A program made the position numbers and the translations under genes. This document shows, in pieces, positions 1 to 8,514 of a stretch of 61,896 nt of DNA (position 1 is its first letter; the number at the start of each line of letters is the position of its first letter). The stretch comes from Acidobacteria bacterium 13_1_20CM_2_55_15 (GTDB lineage Bacteria > Acidobacteriota > Terriglobia > 20CM-2-55-15): positions 1-61,896 of the forward strand of contig MNKP01000097.1 in NCBI GenBank assembly GCA_001920875.1. The letters are read 5' to 3'. Below the pieces are notes generated by a model, which saw only the letters and a program-made list of their open reading frames with translations, had not been told where the DNA came from and made no database searches.

Positions 1-225
1 AATCAGGAATTGGCTATTCCTCATCGGGGAAAGCCCAAACCTGATCAGGAATGACTCATTCCTCATTAGGGGAAGCCAAAATCTAATCAGGAATTGGCTA
101 TTCCTCATCGGGGAAAGCCCAAACCTGATGAGGAATGACTCATTCCTCATTAGGGGAAGCCAAAACCTAATTAGGAATTGGCTATTCCTCATCGAGGAAA
201 GCCCAAACCTAATCGGGAATTGGCC
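1..225. repeat. Higher-order tandem repeat of ~42-bp hairpin units in two alternating variants (84-bp period); runs off the left edge
   Basis: Units read at 1-43, 44-84, 85-127, 128-168, 169-210 plus partial 211-225. Variant A (AGGAATtggctATTCCTcatcggggaaagcccaaacct) alternates with variant B (AGGAATgactcATTCCTcattaggggaagccaaaa). 1-84 and 85-168 are near identical. No ORF in the track covers it. Confidence 0.9.
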
Positions 226-378
226 CCCGTCCACTGCAACAATAGGTGTCCTCTGAGCTGTATCCCGCTGACGTTCCATCTATAATCGTGTGCGGAATGG
301 AAATGGTTAGGTGCGCACGATCATGCCGGCCTGTGCGGCATGCCATGTTCCATTCGCAAAGGTGGGTGGCGCAATGCC

Positions 379-2679
379 TCACGTTTTCACTCGCAGCAGC
401 ATCCAGACGCCACCGAATCCGAAAATCAGGTTGGGAAACCAGGCGGCGATGAAGGGCGACAGCCGGTTGATGCCGCCGAGCTTGTCGAAGAACTCAAACG
501 CAGACCAGTAGAAGATTCCGATAGCGAGGCACAGTCCAATCCCAAAGAACGCGCCTTTTTTGCCTGTCGTAAAAGAAAATGGAATGCCGATAATGGCCAT
601 GATAAACGACACCAGCGGAAAGGACAGTTTTCGATAGAGGTCGACCATCAACGTGCTGACGTCGAACCCGCTCCGTTTTAGATCCGTGATATACCGTTTC
701 AATTCTGGATAGGTCATCTGCGCCGCCGTGCGAACCTCCTTTTTGAAATAATCGGGGCCATCGAGCTGGTGCACGTCGAATCGGTCAAACCGCCGGTAGT
801 CCACTTTGCCCCTCAAGTCCATGCGTCGTACCCATCCATCTTCCAGAACCCAATGTGATCCTTCCCACGAGCCACGGGTCGCGAACACCCACTGATTCAG
901 TTCAAACGTGTTCGGTATGAATTCGAAAATTGAAATTCCACCAAATAGATCCGAGTTCGTATCGAAATAGTTATAGTGGTAGATGCGGTCGCCGGAACCT
1001 GCCATCCATTTCCTCTGAGGATCTCGATATGTTTGAGGTGCGCGTCCCTTGATGACGTTCCGGTATTCATCTTGCCGCTGGTTCGAGTACGGCAGCATAA
1101 AATCCTGAACGAAATAGATCGTCCCAGACAGCGCCAATCCCATAAGAATCAGCGGAAGCCCCAATCGATAAAGGCTCACTGCTCCGGCTTTCACCGCAAG
1201 AGTTTCGTTCGTCTTCGTGAGCGTTCCCAGGTTGATGAGGATGGCCAACAGTACAGTCAGTGGAATTACGTAGTACAAGATTTGCGGCAGGAGGTAGAAA
1301 AAGTAACTAACGACTATGGCGGTGTCGATGCGGTTTTTGACGATATCGGGCAATAGCTCAAACAGCGTCACCAGAATGAATACGGCGACAAATACGATCA
1401 GGACCAACACGAAAAAAAACCAGAACCCACGCAGCACGTAAACATCGAGCAGTCTGAAAAATTTCGGATGATGCGTTAGAGAATACCTCCAGCGGCTGAA
1501 ACGTGTCCGGCTGGTACGAAATCCAGAGAAGATTCCGGAAAACCACCGCATCGTTTCGGCGAGCCGGTTTAACAGCCGGTTCTCGTGTCCACGATCGGAT
1601 CGCGCCTGAAGAATCAATCCCAGTATTGCGAAAACCAGGTTCGGCAGCCACGCGCCAAGAAAGGGGGAGAACTGCGCAGTACCGGCAATACGGGTACCGC
1701 CGATGAATGCCAGATAATAAAGCAGCATCAAAATGAGACTTAGAACCAGACCCATCGACCTGCTGCCGCGTGTGGTGGAAACCCCCAACGGCAGCCCGAC
1801 CAGCGTAAAGACCAGACAGGCGAAGGGAAGAGCGAATCGCCGATGAAACTCTACTCGTTCTTCGCGTGTCGCCGTTCTCGCCTGCATTTTGTTCCAAATG
1901 GTTCCCGTCGGGCTTTCCTGAAGTGTCGGCATGTCCGGTTTCGCGGGGGTCTCTGGAATTGGTACCGAGATCCTCGTTGTCTCGAACGTGTCAAAAGAGT
2001 AGCGCTCGGGCGAAAGCGGCGAGACAACATGCGTGCTTCCGTTGGTCAATGTAAGTACGAACGCGTGATTCTCGTCGTCCTTGAACAGGTTGCCGGAACG
2101 GGCAAAGGTTACGCGGGGCTGATCGGGTTGCGTCATATCGGCCAGCATGATGCCGTCCCACCGGAACCCTTCGGGCGCTGTGTTTTCAACATATAGAACC
2201 AAGTTCGTCAGGCTTTCGTTGAAGACGCGCGGTTTGACCTCCAGCGAAACCTGCCTTGCAGCAATCTCGTACCGCAACTCCCGCAAACGGCTTGCTGTGC
2301 CGGGCGCCACAGAAGCGTTGATCGCCAGACTCGCACCGCAGCCGATGACGCCGAGCAGCATGACAGGAAAGAGCAGACGAATCATGGAAAGGCCGCTGGC
2401 GCGGAAGGCGATCGCTTCGCTATCGGACGATATTCTGCCGAATCCGGTCAAAATGCCTACCAACACGGCCATTGGAATGGTAAAAGTTAAGACGTTGGGT
2501 AGGATGGCCAGCGAAATCGTCCAGGTATCGGAGATCGTGGCTGATTGGCGGACGATCAACTCCAACAGCCATCCGATTTCGCGTGAGAAGGCCAGAAACG
2601 CGACGAAGGTGAGCGCCGCTAGCGCAATAACCGATGGGAAAAAGATCTCTCTAAAAATGTAGCGGTCAAGGGTCTTCAT
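379..2679 (-). CDS. Fused LptF/LptG-family (YjgP/YjgQ) LPS-export permease, two permease modules in one 766-aa polypeptide
   Basis: N-terminal half opens MKTLDRYIFREIFFPSVIALAALTF. A second module opens near residue 405 with FRLLDVYVLRGFWFFFVLVLIVF. Both are the family-typical DRYI/DVYV start followed by TM-like hydrophobic segments and a central soluble insert. Confidence 0.8.
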   Translation of the reverse strand: MKTLDRYIFREIFFPSVIALAALTFVAFLAFSREIGWLLELIVRQSATISDTWTISLAILPNVLTFTIPMAVLVGILTGFGRISSDSEAIAFRASGLSMIRLLFPVMLLGVIGCGASLAINASVAPGTASRLRELRYEIAARQVSLEVKPRVFNESLTNLVLYVENTAPEGFRWDGIMLADMTQPDQPRVTFARSGNLFKDDENHAFVLTLTNGSTHVVSPLSPERYSFDTFETTRISVPIPETPAKPDMPTLQESPTGTIWNKMQARTATREERVEFHRRFALPFACLVFTLVGLPLGVSTTRGSRSMGLVLSLILMLLYYLAFIGGTRIAGTAQFSPFLGAWLPNLVFAILGLILQARSDRGHENRLLNRLAETMRWFSGIFSGFRTSRTRFSRWRYSLTHHPKFFRLLDVYVLRGFWFFFVLVLIVFVAVFILVTLFELLPDIVKNRIDTAIVVSYFFYLLPQILYYVIPLTVLLAILINLGTLTKTNETLAVKAGAVSLYRLGLPLILMGLALSGTIYFVQDFMLPYSNQRQDEYRNVIKGRAPQTYRDPQRKWMAGSGDRIYHYNYFDTNSDLFGGISIFEFIPNTFELNQWVFATRGSWEGSHWVLEDGWVRRMDLRGKVDYRRFDRFDVHQLDGPDYFKKEVRTAAQMTYPELKRYITDLKRSGFDVSTLMVDLYRKLSFPLVSFIMAIIGIPFSFTTGKKGAFFGIGLCLAIGIFYWSAFEFFDKLGGINRLSPFIAAWFPNLIFGFGGVWMLLRVKT

Positions 2680-2735
2680 TTTTTGGAGGCTGCGCGCCAG
2701 CGTTGCGTTTCGTAATTATGCGTCGGCAGGGCCTC

Positions 2736-2762
2736 ATTCCCCTCCTCGCAGAGGAGGGGAAT
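2736..2762. repeat. Perfect 12-bp-arm palindrome ATTCCCCTCCTC-gca-GAGGAGGGGAAT (repeat family F3)
   Basis: Read directly, in the divergent intergenic region between the lptFG-like gene and the GH57 gene. A degenerate second copy lies at 56730-56756. Confidence 0.8.
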
Positions 2763-2804
2763 GCTTGCGCTTCGCGAAAGTTCGAAACAATATTCTGCAT
2801 CATT

Positions 2805-4373
2805 ATGTCCATTCTCGTCTCATTTCTGTGGCACATGCATCAGCCCTTTTACAAAGATCTCGTCGGGGGAGTCTATGTCATGCCGTGGGCTTACTTGCAC
2901 GGCACTAAGGACTATCTGGGAATGGCCACGCTGTTAGAAGAATTTCCCGACATTCATCAGACATTCAATCTCGTACCGTCCTTGCTGTTGCAACTCGAGG
3001 AGTATGCACGGGGCGATGCACGCGATCCGTCCATGGATCTGGCTTTCAAGCCCGTCGAGCGGCTGAGCATGGAAGACCGTGGCAGGATCATCGAGCGTTT
3101 CTTTCCCGTTCCGATTCGAACGATGCTGCAGCCGTTTCCGCGGTACTTCGAATTATATGAGCGGCGAAGCGATCCCTCCCGGCACCATACTTTCTCGGAC
3201 CAGGATATTCGCGATATTCAGGTGTGGTGGACACTCGTTTGGATCGATCACGACCGGCGGCCCAAGGACCTCGTGGAGAAAGGGAAAGACTTCTCAGAAA
3301 ACGACAAAGCCAGACTGCGCCAGATCGTTATAGATACGATTCAAAACATCATTCCCGAGTACCGGCGCATGCAAGATCAGGGAACGATCGAGGTATCGAC
3401 CTCTCCCTTCTACCACCCCATCCTCCCGATCCTCATCGATAGCCGCGTGGACGACGGTAACGTTCCTGTCGCCGTAAATTTTCCATACGACGCGCGCGAG
3501 CAATTGTCGCGGGCGCAAACATTCATGCGCGAGCGCTTCGGGAGAATTCCACAGGGACTTTGGCCTTCCGAGGGTTCGGTTTCAAACGATGCGGCGCTCC
3601 TGGCCGCATCGCTCGGCTTTCGATGGCTTGCCACCGATGAGGGTATTCTCGCCAAGTCCGGGATCGACCTAAGCTGGGATAACCGCCGCCGGCTTTATCG
3701 CCCGTATAAACGCGGTGCAATGACAGTCTTCTTTCGGGACCGGACGTTATCGGACCTGATTGGATTTCAGTACATGCATGCTCCTGCCGCCGAGAGCGCA
3801 TCCGATCTCATTCGGCGAATCAGAGAGCTTCCCAGGGACTCGCACGTTGTGATCGCGCTCGACGGTGAAAATCCGTGGGATTACTACCCGAACAGTGGCC
3901 GCGATTTTCTCCGCCGGCTGTATGAAGGTCTTCAGAAAGAACCGGTGTTCGAGGCAGTCACAATGTCGGAGGCTCTCGAACGGCAGCCGGCCGAGAAACT
4001 CGATTGGCTTGCGCCGGGATCATGGGCCAATGCGAATTTCAGTATCTGGATCGGACATCCTGAAGATCATCAGGCGTGGCGATGGATCGTCCGGGCACGA
4101 GCGGCACTGATGGATCAGAAAGGCCGCATTCCGGAGGATCGTTGGAATCTTGCCTATGAAGAGTTGCTTGTAGCTGAAGGCAGCGACTGGATGTGGTGGT
4201 TTGGAAATGATTTCTCGAGTGACGATGATGCCATCTTTGATTCGCTGTTCCGTCAGCATATCGGGAATATTTTTCAATTAGCGGGTCTGCCCGTCCCTGA
4301 AGGGTTGAGCGAACCCATTAAGAAAAACCTCGAGGGTAGAAAGCTCGTCATGGCCCCGCCGCCACAAACCTAA
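2805..4373 (+). CDS. Glycoside hydrolase family 57 (alpha-amylase / glucan-branching type)
   Basis: GH57 hallmark blocks are present: WHMHQPFYKD, EVSTSPFYHPILP, GLWPSEGSVS and ALDGENPWDYY. Start moved to ATG 2805 (MSILVSFLWHMHQP). The track's upstream TTG extension runs through the F3 palindrome. Confidence 0.85.
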   Translation: MSILVSFLWHMHQPFYKDLVGGVYVMPWAYLHGTKDYLGMATLLEEFPDIHQTFNLVPSLLLQLEEYARGDARDPSMDLAFKPVERLSMEDRGRIIERFFPVPIRTMLQPFPRYFELYERRSDPSRHHTFSDQDIRDIQVWWTLVWIDHDRRPKDLVEKGKDFSENDKARLRQIVIDTIQNIIPEYRRMQDQGTIEVSTSPFYHPILPILIDSRVDDGNVPVAVNFPYDAREQLSRAQTFMRERFGRIPQGLWPSEGSVSNDAALLAASLGFRWLATDEGILAKSGIDLSWDNRRRLYRPYKRGAMTVFFRDRTLSDLIGFQYMHAPAAESASDLIRRIRELPRDSHVVIALDGENPWDYYPNSGRDFLRRLYEGLQKEPVFEAVTMSEALERQPAEKLDWLAPGSWANANFSIWIGHPEDHQAWRWIVRARAALMDQKGRIPEDRWNLAYEELLVAEGSDWMWWFGNDFSSDDDAIFDSLFRQHIGNIFQLAGLPVPEGLSEPIKKNLEGRKLVMAPPPQT

Positions 4374-4374
4374 T

Positions 4375-4956
4375 ATGAGTTTGGAAACGGCCATCATCCT
4401 GGCGCACGGCGCAGGGCAGGGAATGGACTCCCCCTTCATGAGCTATTTCCACACCGAGCTTCAAAAACGTGGGTTCCATTGTGTCAAATTCAATTTTGAA
4501 TACATGGATGAGAAACGCCGCGTGCCTGATCCGCAGCCGAAACTTCAAGCCCGCTACCGTGCGGTGATCGAAGATGTCCTCAAACAGCACCGGCTAAAAC
4601 GGCTCATCATTGGCGGAAAGTCCATGGGCGGGCGAGTCGCCTCCTACGTTGTGGCCGACTTCCCGGAAGTCAGCGGCTTGATCTTTCTGGGCTATCCACT
4701 TCATCCGCCCGGCAAACAGGATCAGCTTCGCGATCCGCACCTGTACGGTTTGCCCGTTCCAATGCTCTTCATCAGCGGAACAAAGGATGCCTTTGCAGAA
4801 AAGGCTTTGCTGGAGAGAGTAGTCCGCAAAATTGGCGCCAATGCGACATTGAACTGGATCGAAGGCGGCGATCATTCGCTGAAAACGAGGCGCGGCGACA
4901 CACAATCGCTGGCAACCGCTTTGGATGCGATTGTTCGTTGGATCGAGGGAATCTGA
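4375..4956 (+). CDS. Small alpha/beta-fold hydrolase (COG3571 / KANL3-Tex30-like)
   Basis: LAHGAGQGMDSPFM, nucleophile-elbow-like GGKSMGGRVAS, FISGTKDAF and GGDHSL. Starts 1 nt after the GH57 stop. Confidence 0.7.
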   Translation: MSLETAIILAHGAGQGMDSPFMSYFHTELQKRGFHCVKFNFEYMDEKRRVPDPQPKLQARYRAVIEDVLKQHRLKRLIIGGKSMGGRVASYVVADFPEVSGLIFLGYPLHPPGKQDQLRDPHLYGLPVPMLFISGTKDAFAEKALLERVVRKIGANATLNWIEGGDHSLKTRRGDTQSLATALDAIVRWIEGI

Positions 4957-4965
4957 AGCCAGCAA

Positions 4966-5040
4966 AAGGAACAGCCACAAAAAGGCACAAAATTCACAAA
5001 AAAAGCTTTTGTGATTCTGTGCCTTTTTGTGGCTATTCCC
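4966..5040. repeat. Long palindromic element (repeat family F1, core GTGCCTTTTTGTGGCT), terminator-like between convergent genes
   Basis: AGCCACAAAAAGGCAC (4973-4988) is the perfect reverse complement of GTGCCTTTTTGTGGCT (5019-5034), with additional inner pairing (cacaaaa/ttttgtg). Other copies at 38840-38905, 39711-39783, 47105-47185 and 56768-56815. Confidence 0.85.
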
Positions 5041-5050
5041 TTTTCGTCGC

Positions 5051-7186
5051 CTAGGACCGCACCTTGACGGCTTGCCTGGACGCGGGAACGTACATGCGCG
5101 AGGCGTATTCCTTCACCATACGGCTTGCGGAAAAACGGGGAACAATGGAGCGAATCGTTTCCTTCAGCATTTGAATCCAGCCGTGGGGCAGGTCGTTTTT
5201 GTCGCGGTCGTAGTAAAGCGGGATGATCTGTTGTTCCAACAATCGATATAACGATTCGGCATCGGCGGCATCATCATAGTGGACCTCGAGGTCTTCCGGA
5301 GGATCGCCGATCGCCCACCCGTTGTTGCCGTTGTAGCCTTCATACCACCAGCCGTCCAGCATGCTGACGTTTAAAACACCATTCATCGCGGCCTTCTGGC
5401 CACTGGTGCCACAGGCTTCAAGGGGAGGACGCGGATTGTTCAACCATACGTCGACGCCTTGCGTGAAGAAATGCGCCGCATGCATTTCGTAATTTTCAAC
5501 GAAAGCGACATGGCCGGCCATTCCGTTGTCAGCGGCCAGGGAATAGATCTGGTGGATAAGGTGCTTCCCGTGTTCATCGGCTGGGTGAGCTTTCCCGGCG
5601 AAAACGATCTGCACGGGACGCCACTGATCGAGCATCATCGTTCGGATGCGATTCAGGTCATGAAAAATCAGCGCAGCTCGTTTATAGCCGGTAAAACGCC
5701 TGGCAAATCCGATCGTGAGAGCGTCCGGATCCAGCAGAGTTCCCATTGCGATGACCTGCCGAGGATCGACTCGGTCGAGCGACCAGCGTTCACGCGCTTT
5801 TTCGCGGGCAAACGTCAGGAATTTTCGTTTCAGTAGCAGGTGAACATTCCAGATTTCCTCCTCCGGAATGTCCATCACGCGATTCCAAAAGGAAATATCA
5901 TCATGCCGATCGACCCACTCCGGTCCGAGATGCCGGTCGAAGAGCAGGCTTAATTCCGGCGCAATCCATGTCGGGGCATGGACGCCGTTGGTAACCGAAG
6001 TGATGGGAACTTGATCTTCCGGGAGGTTAGGCCAAACAACCTGCCACATGCGGCGAGTCACTCTGCCATGAAGATGGCTTACAGCGTTGCGCCACCCCGT
6101 CATTCGCAGCGCCAGCACAGTCATGTTGAATGAATCGCCGAACTTGCCGAGTTCCAGGAATTCCTGTTTCGTCAGACCCAGATCGTCCCAATACCCGGCG
6201 AAGTGCTTCTCCATCATGTGAAAAGGGAACGCATCGTGACCGGCAGGTACAGGAGTATGAGTGGTGAGAAGGCTTGTGGCGCGAATCTGTTCCGCTGCCT
6301 CTTCGAACGTTTGTCCCCGCTGAACGAACTCCCGCACACGCTCGACGAGCATGAACGCGGTGTGGCCTTCATTCGCGTGAAATACGGTGGGTTGGATTCC
6401 AAGGGCGCGAAGGATGCGCACGCCACCGACGCCGAGCACAATTTCTTGTCGAACCCGATGCTCCTTGTCTCCGCCATAGAGCCGCGCAGACAGCTCGCGA
6501 TCGCCCTGCTGGTTCTCTTCGACATCTGTGTCCATGAGATAAAGCGGCACGGAGCCCAGATTCACACGCCACACCACGACAAAGACACGCAAACTTCCGA
6601 CGTTCAACTCGACCAGGAACCGTTCGTCATGCGTCGGAGCTGCGGATTCGATCGGCGCTTCCCGACGTTCCAGCAGCTCGTAGATATCTTCTTGCCAACC
6701 GTCAGCTTGGATCCTCTGATGAAAATATCCTTGAGGGTAGACAAATCCCACGCCCAACAAAGGAATTCCAAGGTCGCTGGATTCCTTGCAGTGATCGCCG
6801 GCAAGGATTCCTAGGCCGCCGGAATAGATCGGAAGGGAAGTGTGAAGACCGAACTCGGCTGAAAAATAGGCGATCGGCTCCCGGGCCAAGTCGGGAAACT
6901 GACGAGGAAACCATTTATCGTTACGCCGGGTTGCTCGATCCAGTGCCTTCATCGTGACCTCATACACGCGAAGGAAATCCGGATCGCGAGCCGCGGCAGA
7001 CAGGCGCACCGGTTCGATATCGTGCAGAAGCTTAACAGGGTTGTGTTGTGTGTTTTTCCAGAGATCCGGATCAAGTCGCTTGAAGAGAAGCCGGGCGCGA
7101 TAGTCCCAACTCCATTTCAAGTTATAGGCCAGTTCTTCCAGCCGTTCAATCCGCTCAGGGATTTGCGGAAACCGTCGTATCTGCAT
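5051..7186 (-). CDS. glgP: Alpha-glucan phosphorylase (GT35, maltodextrin/glycogen phosphorylase)
   Basis: 711 aa. Contains GGLGILAGDH, ANEGHTAF and the PLP-lysine block EACGTSGQKAAMNG, typical of the short alpha-glucan phosphorylase family. Sits next to GH57. Confidence 0.9.
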   Translation of the reverse strand: MQIRRFPQIPERIERLEELAYNLKWSWDYRARLLFKRLDPDLWKNTQHNPVKLLHDIEPVRLSAAARDPDFLRVYEVTMKALDRATRRNDKWFPRQFPDLAREPIAYFSAEFGLHTSLPIYSGGLGILAGDHCKESSDLGIPLLGVGFVYPQGYFHQRIQADGWQEDIYELLERREAPIESAAPTHDERFLVELNVGSLRVFVVVWRVNLGSVPLYLMDTDVEENQQGDRELSARLYGGDKEHRVRQEIVLGVGGVRILRALGIQPTVFHANEGHTAFMLVERVREFVQRGQTFEEAAEQIRATSLLTTHTPVPAGHDAFPFHMMEKHFAGYWDDLGLTKQEFLELGKFGDSFNMTVLALRMTGWRNAVSHLHGRVTRRMWQVVWPNLPEDQVPITSVTNGVHAPTWIAPELSLLFDRHLGPEWVDRHDDISFWNRVMDIPEEEIWNVHLLLKRKFLTFAREKARERWSLDRVDPRQVIAMGTLLDPDALTIGFARRFTGYKRAALIFHDLNRIRTMMLDQWRPVQIVFAGKAHPADEHGKHLIHQIYSLAADNGMAGHVAFVENYEMHAAHFFTQGVDVWLNNPRPPLEACGTSGQKAAMNGVLNVSMLDGWWYEGYNGNNGWAIGDPPEDLEVHYDDAADAESLYRLLEQQIIPLYYDRDKNDLPHGWIQMLKETIRSIVPRFSASRMVKEYASRMYVPASRQAVKVRS

Positions 7187-7212
7187 CCAATGTGTAGACT
7201 CGAAACCCCGCT

Positions 7213-8268
7213 TCAGGCCAAACAGCGCTCGAAACTTTGGATAAAGTAGTCCACTTCTTCTTCGGTCAGGTGTCCTACGTGACCGATCCGGAACGTCGTG
7301 TCCTTTATTTTTCCTAACCCGCCGGCAATTTGGATCCCGAAATCGTTTTCCAGCCTACGACGTAAGGCCGGGATATCAAATCCTTTAAGAGGGATTACAC
7401 CCGTAATTCCATTGCCAGGCTTCAATGCATAAATTTCCATACCGGAACGATGAACAAGATTCCGGATCTGGTCCGCTACCCGCCCACGCCGGGCGAAAAT
7501 TTTATCCATTCCTTGCGCGTGGATGAAGTCCAGTGCCCCGTCCAATTCCAGCAACAATGAGAGTGCCGGTGTGAAGGGGACTGCTCCTTTCAGTTTCTTC
7601 CAATCGAAGTAAAACCTGAGGGTGTTCGACTGTTGCGCTTTTTCCCACCCACGTGCGCCAATAGCAACCACGCCCAGACCCGGAGACACCATCAAACCCT
7701 TCTGCGAGCCCGCAACGACGACATCGATATTCCAATCGTCCATGGCCATCGGTGAAACCGCGAGTCCGGATACAGCGTCGACGGCGAAAATTTTGTTCTG
7801 CGACCGGACTAATTCTCCGATTTCAGCCATATCGTTCAGAACGCCCGTCGAACTCTCGCTCCATGTATGAAAAATGACGCGGGCGTTCGGCCATTGTTTC
7901 AGGGCCCGATCGACCTCAGCCAACGTGGCGCCCCGCCGCCAATCAACATCGATGGTGTGAACCGACACGCCATAAGCCATTGCAATATCGGCCCACCGCT
8001 TCGCAAACGTTCCACCAACAATGACGATGACTTCCTCTCCCGGCGATGTGAGATTTACAACTGCCGATTCCATCGACCCTGTTCCGGAGGCCGCGAGGAA
8101 AAGTATGTCACCTCGAGTTCCGAAGAGCGGCTTGCAGCCGGCCTCTAGTTTCGAGAGTAATTCTGACATCTGAGACGACCGGTGACTGAACAACGGCCGG
8201 TCGCCCGCGACTCTCACTTGCTCGGGCACCTGCATCGGACCGGGTAAGAAAAGCAAGGGCTTACGCAT
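7213..8268 (-). CDS. Class V aminotransferase (serine/alanine-glyoxylate or serine-pyruvate type)
   Basis: 351 aa. LPGPMQVPEQV start, ASGTGSMES and the PLP-lysine context VAGSQKGLM. Confidence 0.8.
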   Translation of the reverse strand: MRKPLLFLPGPMQVPEQVRVAGDRPLFSHRSSQMSELLSKLEAGCKPLFGTRGDILFLAASGTGSMESAVVNLTSPGEEVIVIVGGTFAKRWADIAMAYGVSVHTIDVDWRRGATLAEVDRALKQWPNARVIFHTWSESSTGVLNDMAEIGELVRSQNKIFAVDAVSGLAVSPMAMDDWNIDVVVAGSQKGLMVSPGLGVVAIGARGWEKAQQSNTLRFYFDWKKLKGAVPFTPALSLLLELDGALDFIHAQGMDKIFARRGRVADQIRNLVHRSGMEIYALKPGNGITGVIPLKGFDIPALRRRLENDFGIQIAGGLGKIKDTTFRIGHVGHLTEEEVDYFIQSFERCLA

Positions 8269-8514
8269 TAAACTCCTTGAAATCTACAAAAACAGGAGCG
8301 CTCCGGCCAGAAAAACGACCAGAAGACAAAACATCATCATACCAGAAAGAGTCTAGTACCGGGCCGAACTACAGCTTTGGGAATCCGATTGAGATCAACG
8401 CTAAAGTTAAGTGCGGTTCCCTCCGATATATGGGGGAGAGGGCGGGTTGCGGCCTGGGACCATTGGACAGCAGTTGCGCGAACAGAAAGGATTTCTGATT
8501 TGTTTTCTATATTT

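Noticed and set aside
1-225. Possible CRISPR array, given regularly spaced hairpin repeats. The same question applies to 49628-49792.
   Set aside because: The segments between hairpins are themselves repeated (there are no unique spacers). The units are contiguous tandem copies, and no cas genes are present in the window.
2703-2804. N-terminal extensions in the ORF track. Affected track starts: 2703, 8377, 13693, 21935, 27381, 32452, 38866, 44029, 44905 and 47093.
   Set aside because: The extensions use TTG/GTG starts, run through repeat elements or neighbouring genes, and precede internal ATGs that give family-typical N-termini or signal peptides. Starts were trimmed accordingly.
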